DNA from: Anolis carolinensis | Lineage: Eukaryota | NCBI RefSeq assembly: GCF_035594765.1 | Contig: NC_085845.1 | Span: 70,364,024-70,428,023 of the forward strand | Length of the DNA: 64,000 bases | Direction: 5' to 3' | In this document: in pieces, positions 60,703 to 64,000 of the stretch | How positions within the stretch are numbered: the stretch's first letter is position 1 | Layout of the letters: the number at the start of each line of letters is the position of its first letter | Position numbers and translations under genes: made by a program | Notes under the pieces: model-generated | The model's input: the letters and a program-made list of their open reading frames with translations, nothing else | Database searches by the model: none | What the model was told of the DNA's origin: nothing

Positions 60703-63148
60703 TCTAAATCTAAATCTAAATCTATTCTATCTAATCTAAATCTAAATCTAAATCTAAATTCTAAATCCATAATAAAAGCAAAAACCCATATGTGTGTATG
60801 TGGCACGGATGTCTGCTCACACAGACAGCCTCCGGCCTCCACAAAAAGACTATAGTTCCCAGGGTTAAGACTCTAGCAAGTCAGTCTTTTCCACTGACAT
60901 TGCAGTTACAGCGAGCACCATGAACATGCAGCCCAGCCCCTGCCAATGTTCTTCCCAAACACTACAGCCCACCACCCAAGGAATGCTTTCGTTTGGGGAC
61001 CATTTCATCCTAGATTTTGCTTTTTCTTCCACCACAGGCAGGCATCCCAGGGTTCTCCATTGCTGTGGAATTTGCATGGCCCCGCCCACTGCCCTTTCCT
61101 TTCCAATCTCGCTGCATAACAAATAGAGCACAACTGAGCTGCAACTAAACTTACTGGAAGAGTTTAGGGATTGACTCCACATGGTGGAAGTTGTAGTTCA
61201 CCCTTCATCAAGTCAGAGCCCTGTCACTCCTACTGGGGAATATAGAGGAGTTGTAGTTCACCTACACCTAGAATGATATTAACCCAAATAATGATGACTC
61301 TCGGCCAAACTTGCCATGCAGACCCGATATGCCCAGATTTGACTACTGGTGGGTTTGGAGGAAAACTGGACTGGAAGTTGAGGAGTAGTAGGTACTGGGA
61401 TTTATAGTTCACCTGCAATGAATGAGCATCACACTTGGCACACAGAGCCCCCATAACCAATACAACATATTGGACAAGTTTGGGAAAAAGGGAGTTATAG
61501 TTCACCTGCAGCCAGATAAACATTGACCCCCACCGACAATCATAGAATCATAGAATCATAGAATAGTAGAGTTGGAAGAGACCTCATGGGCCATCCAGTC
61601 CAACCCCCTGCCAAGAAGCAGGAAATCGCATTCAAAGCACCCCCGACAGATGGCCATCCAGCCTCTGCTTAAAAGCCTCCAAGGAAGGAGCCTCCACCAC
61701 AGCCCGGGGGAGAGAGTTCCACTGTCGAACAGCCCTCACAGTGAGGAAGTTCTTCCTGATGTTCAGGTGGAATCTCCTTTCCTGTAGTTTGAAGCCATTG
61801 TTCCGTGTCCTAGTCTGCAGGGCAGCAGAAAACAAGCTTGCTCCCTCCTCCCTATGACTTCCCTTCACGTATTTGTACATGGCTATCATGTCTCCTCTCA
61901 GCCTTCTCTTCTGCAGGCTAAACATGCCCAGCTCTTTAAGCCGCTCCTCATAGGTTCTCCAGACCCTTAATCATTTTAGTCGCCCTCCTCTGGACGCTTT
62001 CCAGCTTGTCAACATCTCCCTTCAACTGTGGTGCCCAAAATTGGACACAGTATTCCAGGTGTGGTCTGACCAAGGCAGAATAGAGGGGGAGCATGACTTC
62101 CCTGGATCTAGACGCTATACCCCTATTGATGCAGGCCAGAATCCCGTTGGCTTTTTTAGCTGCTTCTTCACATTGTTGGCTCATGTTTAACTTGTTGTCC
62201 ACGAGGACTCCAAGGTCTTTTTCGCACACACTGCTGTCAAGCCAGGCGTCCCCCATTCTGTATCTTTGATTTCCATTTTTTCTGCCGAAATGAAGTATCT
62301 TGCATTTGTCCCTGTTGAACTTCATTTTATTAGTTTCGGCCCATCTCTCTAGTCTGTCAAGATCGTTTTGAATTCTGCTCCTGTCTTCTGGAGTGTTAGC
62401 TATCCCTCCCAGTTTTGTGTCGTCTGCAAACTTGATGGTTGTGCCTTCTAACCCTTCGTCTAAGTCATTAATAAAGATGTTGAACAGAACCGGGCCCAGG
62501 ACGGAGCCCTGCAGCACTCCACTTGTCACTTCTTTCCATGATGAAGATGACGCATTGGTGAGCACCCTTTGGGTTCGTTCGCTTAGCCAATTGCAGATCC
62601 ACCTAACCGTAGTTTTGTCTAGCCCACATTTTACTAGTTTATTTGCCAGAAGGTCGTGGGGGACTTTGTCGAAGGCCTTACTGAAATCCAGGTAGGCTAC
62701 ATCCACAGCATTCCCTGTATCGACCCAACTCGTAACTCTATCGAAAAAAGAGATCAGATTAGTCTGGCATGACTTGTTTTTGGTAAATCCGTGTTGACTA
62801 TTAGCACTATTATGTTGACAATGCACTAGGACCACACTTCACACAGAGAAGCCTCATGACCGACTGAACATACTGCAGATATTTGTGGGAAGGGGCCTTG
62901 ATTTTGGGAGTTGTAGTTCACCTCCATCCAAAAACCACTGAACCCAGCCAATGACGGATCTAGACCAAACTTGGCACACAAACTGAATATTGCCTGCTGT
63001 GGATACTGATACATATTTCGGGGCAATTGCCCCAGGAATCTACAAATTGCAGTAGTTCACCCCCATCCAGACAATACTGCACCACACCTGGTACACATGC
63101 CCAAAATGGCCAACTTATAATACTGGCAGAGTTTGGGAAGGATTCAGC
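60703..63148 (+). mobile_element. non-autonomous Helitron (same family as 11397-12540), interrupted by CR1 and then the ERV
   Basis: A|TCTAAATC 5' end and long homology to the reverse complement of 12540-11500. Confidence 0.8.
61540..62804 (-). mobile_element. CR1 LINE, 5'-truncated, young
   Basis: [43 protein letters not shown]; (TTCTATGA)n tail. Confidence 0.96.
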
Positions 63149-63635
63149 TGTAGCGGAACCTTTGTGCTACGGTCCTTGCGAGCGCAGTGGGACGGATTGG
63201 AGACGGACAACTGGAGTATTTCCAAGAAAACAGTTTATTGGCAAGTGGCCACTAGGGTTCCCCCTCGCACAATATAGGTGCTTTCCCAGGGAGAACCCCC
63301 AGCGGCGGGCTGAGTAAATATTTATACACACTACAGGGTTCGGGTTATGCCCGCCCACAAGCAAATTCATTGGCTTAGAGTTGTGACGCTGCTTGACTTG
63401 CATCCAATCAGCGCTGACCAGCGGCCCGGGCGCACTCTTTCTGTGCCGTGTTCACAATCATTCAGAGCGCCTGCGTGCGCATGCGCAGTTTGTTTATCTT
63501 TAGCTTTCATTTCTTCAGAAACACATGATTTCCCAGAAACCACATGTTTCTGTGAGTTTATGCACCCGGGTCGCTAGCCGTCGCCATCTCTGCCCATATA
63601 TGGTATTTCCTGGGGTTCTTTAACCTCCCGCCTCA
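63149..63635 (-). mobile_element. ERV 3' LTR
   Basis: TGAGGCGG...CCGCTACA imperfect inverted termini, preceded by a purine tract AAAAAGAAAATGCGGGAG; TATAAA and AATAAA on the minus strand; CpG-rich. Confidence 0.8.
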
Positions 63636-63686
63636 CTCCCGCATTTTCTTTTTGCGAAGCGCGTGTACAAAAGCTGAAGCAAAGCA

Positions 63687-64000
63687 TTATGGTTCCATCC
63701 AATCCCGCTTGGCTTGGAGTATGGCTATCTTTTCTCCAGGTAAAGATTGTGTGACACACCTAGTACACATTTGCATCATTATTGGAGTGCAGCACATAAC
63801 TATGAGAACAATGAACAATCCTAAAATCCCTACCAACAATATCTCCTTCAACCATTCTACTGAGGGTAACCAGCTAGTCACCCAGGAGAAGGGTGACCAA
63901 CCTTCTACCTCCTGGACATTATTGTAAATTAACTTTTGCAATGACTCGATGTCACCTTCAATAGTACTATTCAAGTTATGAAATTTCACCACACAACGCC
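63687..64000 (-). CDS. env: ERV env, TM subunit C-terminus (continues beyond the window)
   Basis: N-glycosylation sequon NST, heptad-like stretch, Trp-rich membrane-proximal region WSPFSWVTSWLP, TM helix ILLVGILGLFIVLIV, Cys cluster; lies directly upstream of the PPT and LTR. Confidence 0.8.
   Translation of the reverse strand, partial: RCVVKFHNLNSTIEGDIESLQKLIYNNVQEVEGWSPFSWVTSWLPSVEWLKEILLVGILGLFIVLIVMCCTPIMMQMCTRCVTQSLPGEKIAILQAKRDWMEP

Overview
Repeat-dense squamate (lizard) genomic DNA, very probably Anolis, judged from Sauria-type SINEs, SPIN, Dong/R4, L2, CR1 and Helitron repeats. No host protein-coding gene could be supported, and there is an assembly gap at 46853-46982. The centrepiece is a ~10-kb minus-strand Tx1-clade (L1 group) non-LTR retrotransposon at 29122-39176, inserted in register into a short interstitial (TTAGGG)n tract at GGGTT^AGGG. 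It carries an unusual extra 771-aa upstream ORF (or a giant ORF1 extension), a gag-like ORF1 with three CCHC knuckles, and an APE-RT-zinc-finger ORF2. A second, internal fragment of the same family is joined to the other end of the telomeric tract. The tract itself starts exactly where a Gypsy-type LTR is cut off. Other content includes two solo LTRs with an ORF in U3, three Dong/R4 copies in (TAA)n, a head-to-tail triple Helitron array, many MITEs and SINEs, and the env/3' LTR end of a young-looking ERV at the right edge.
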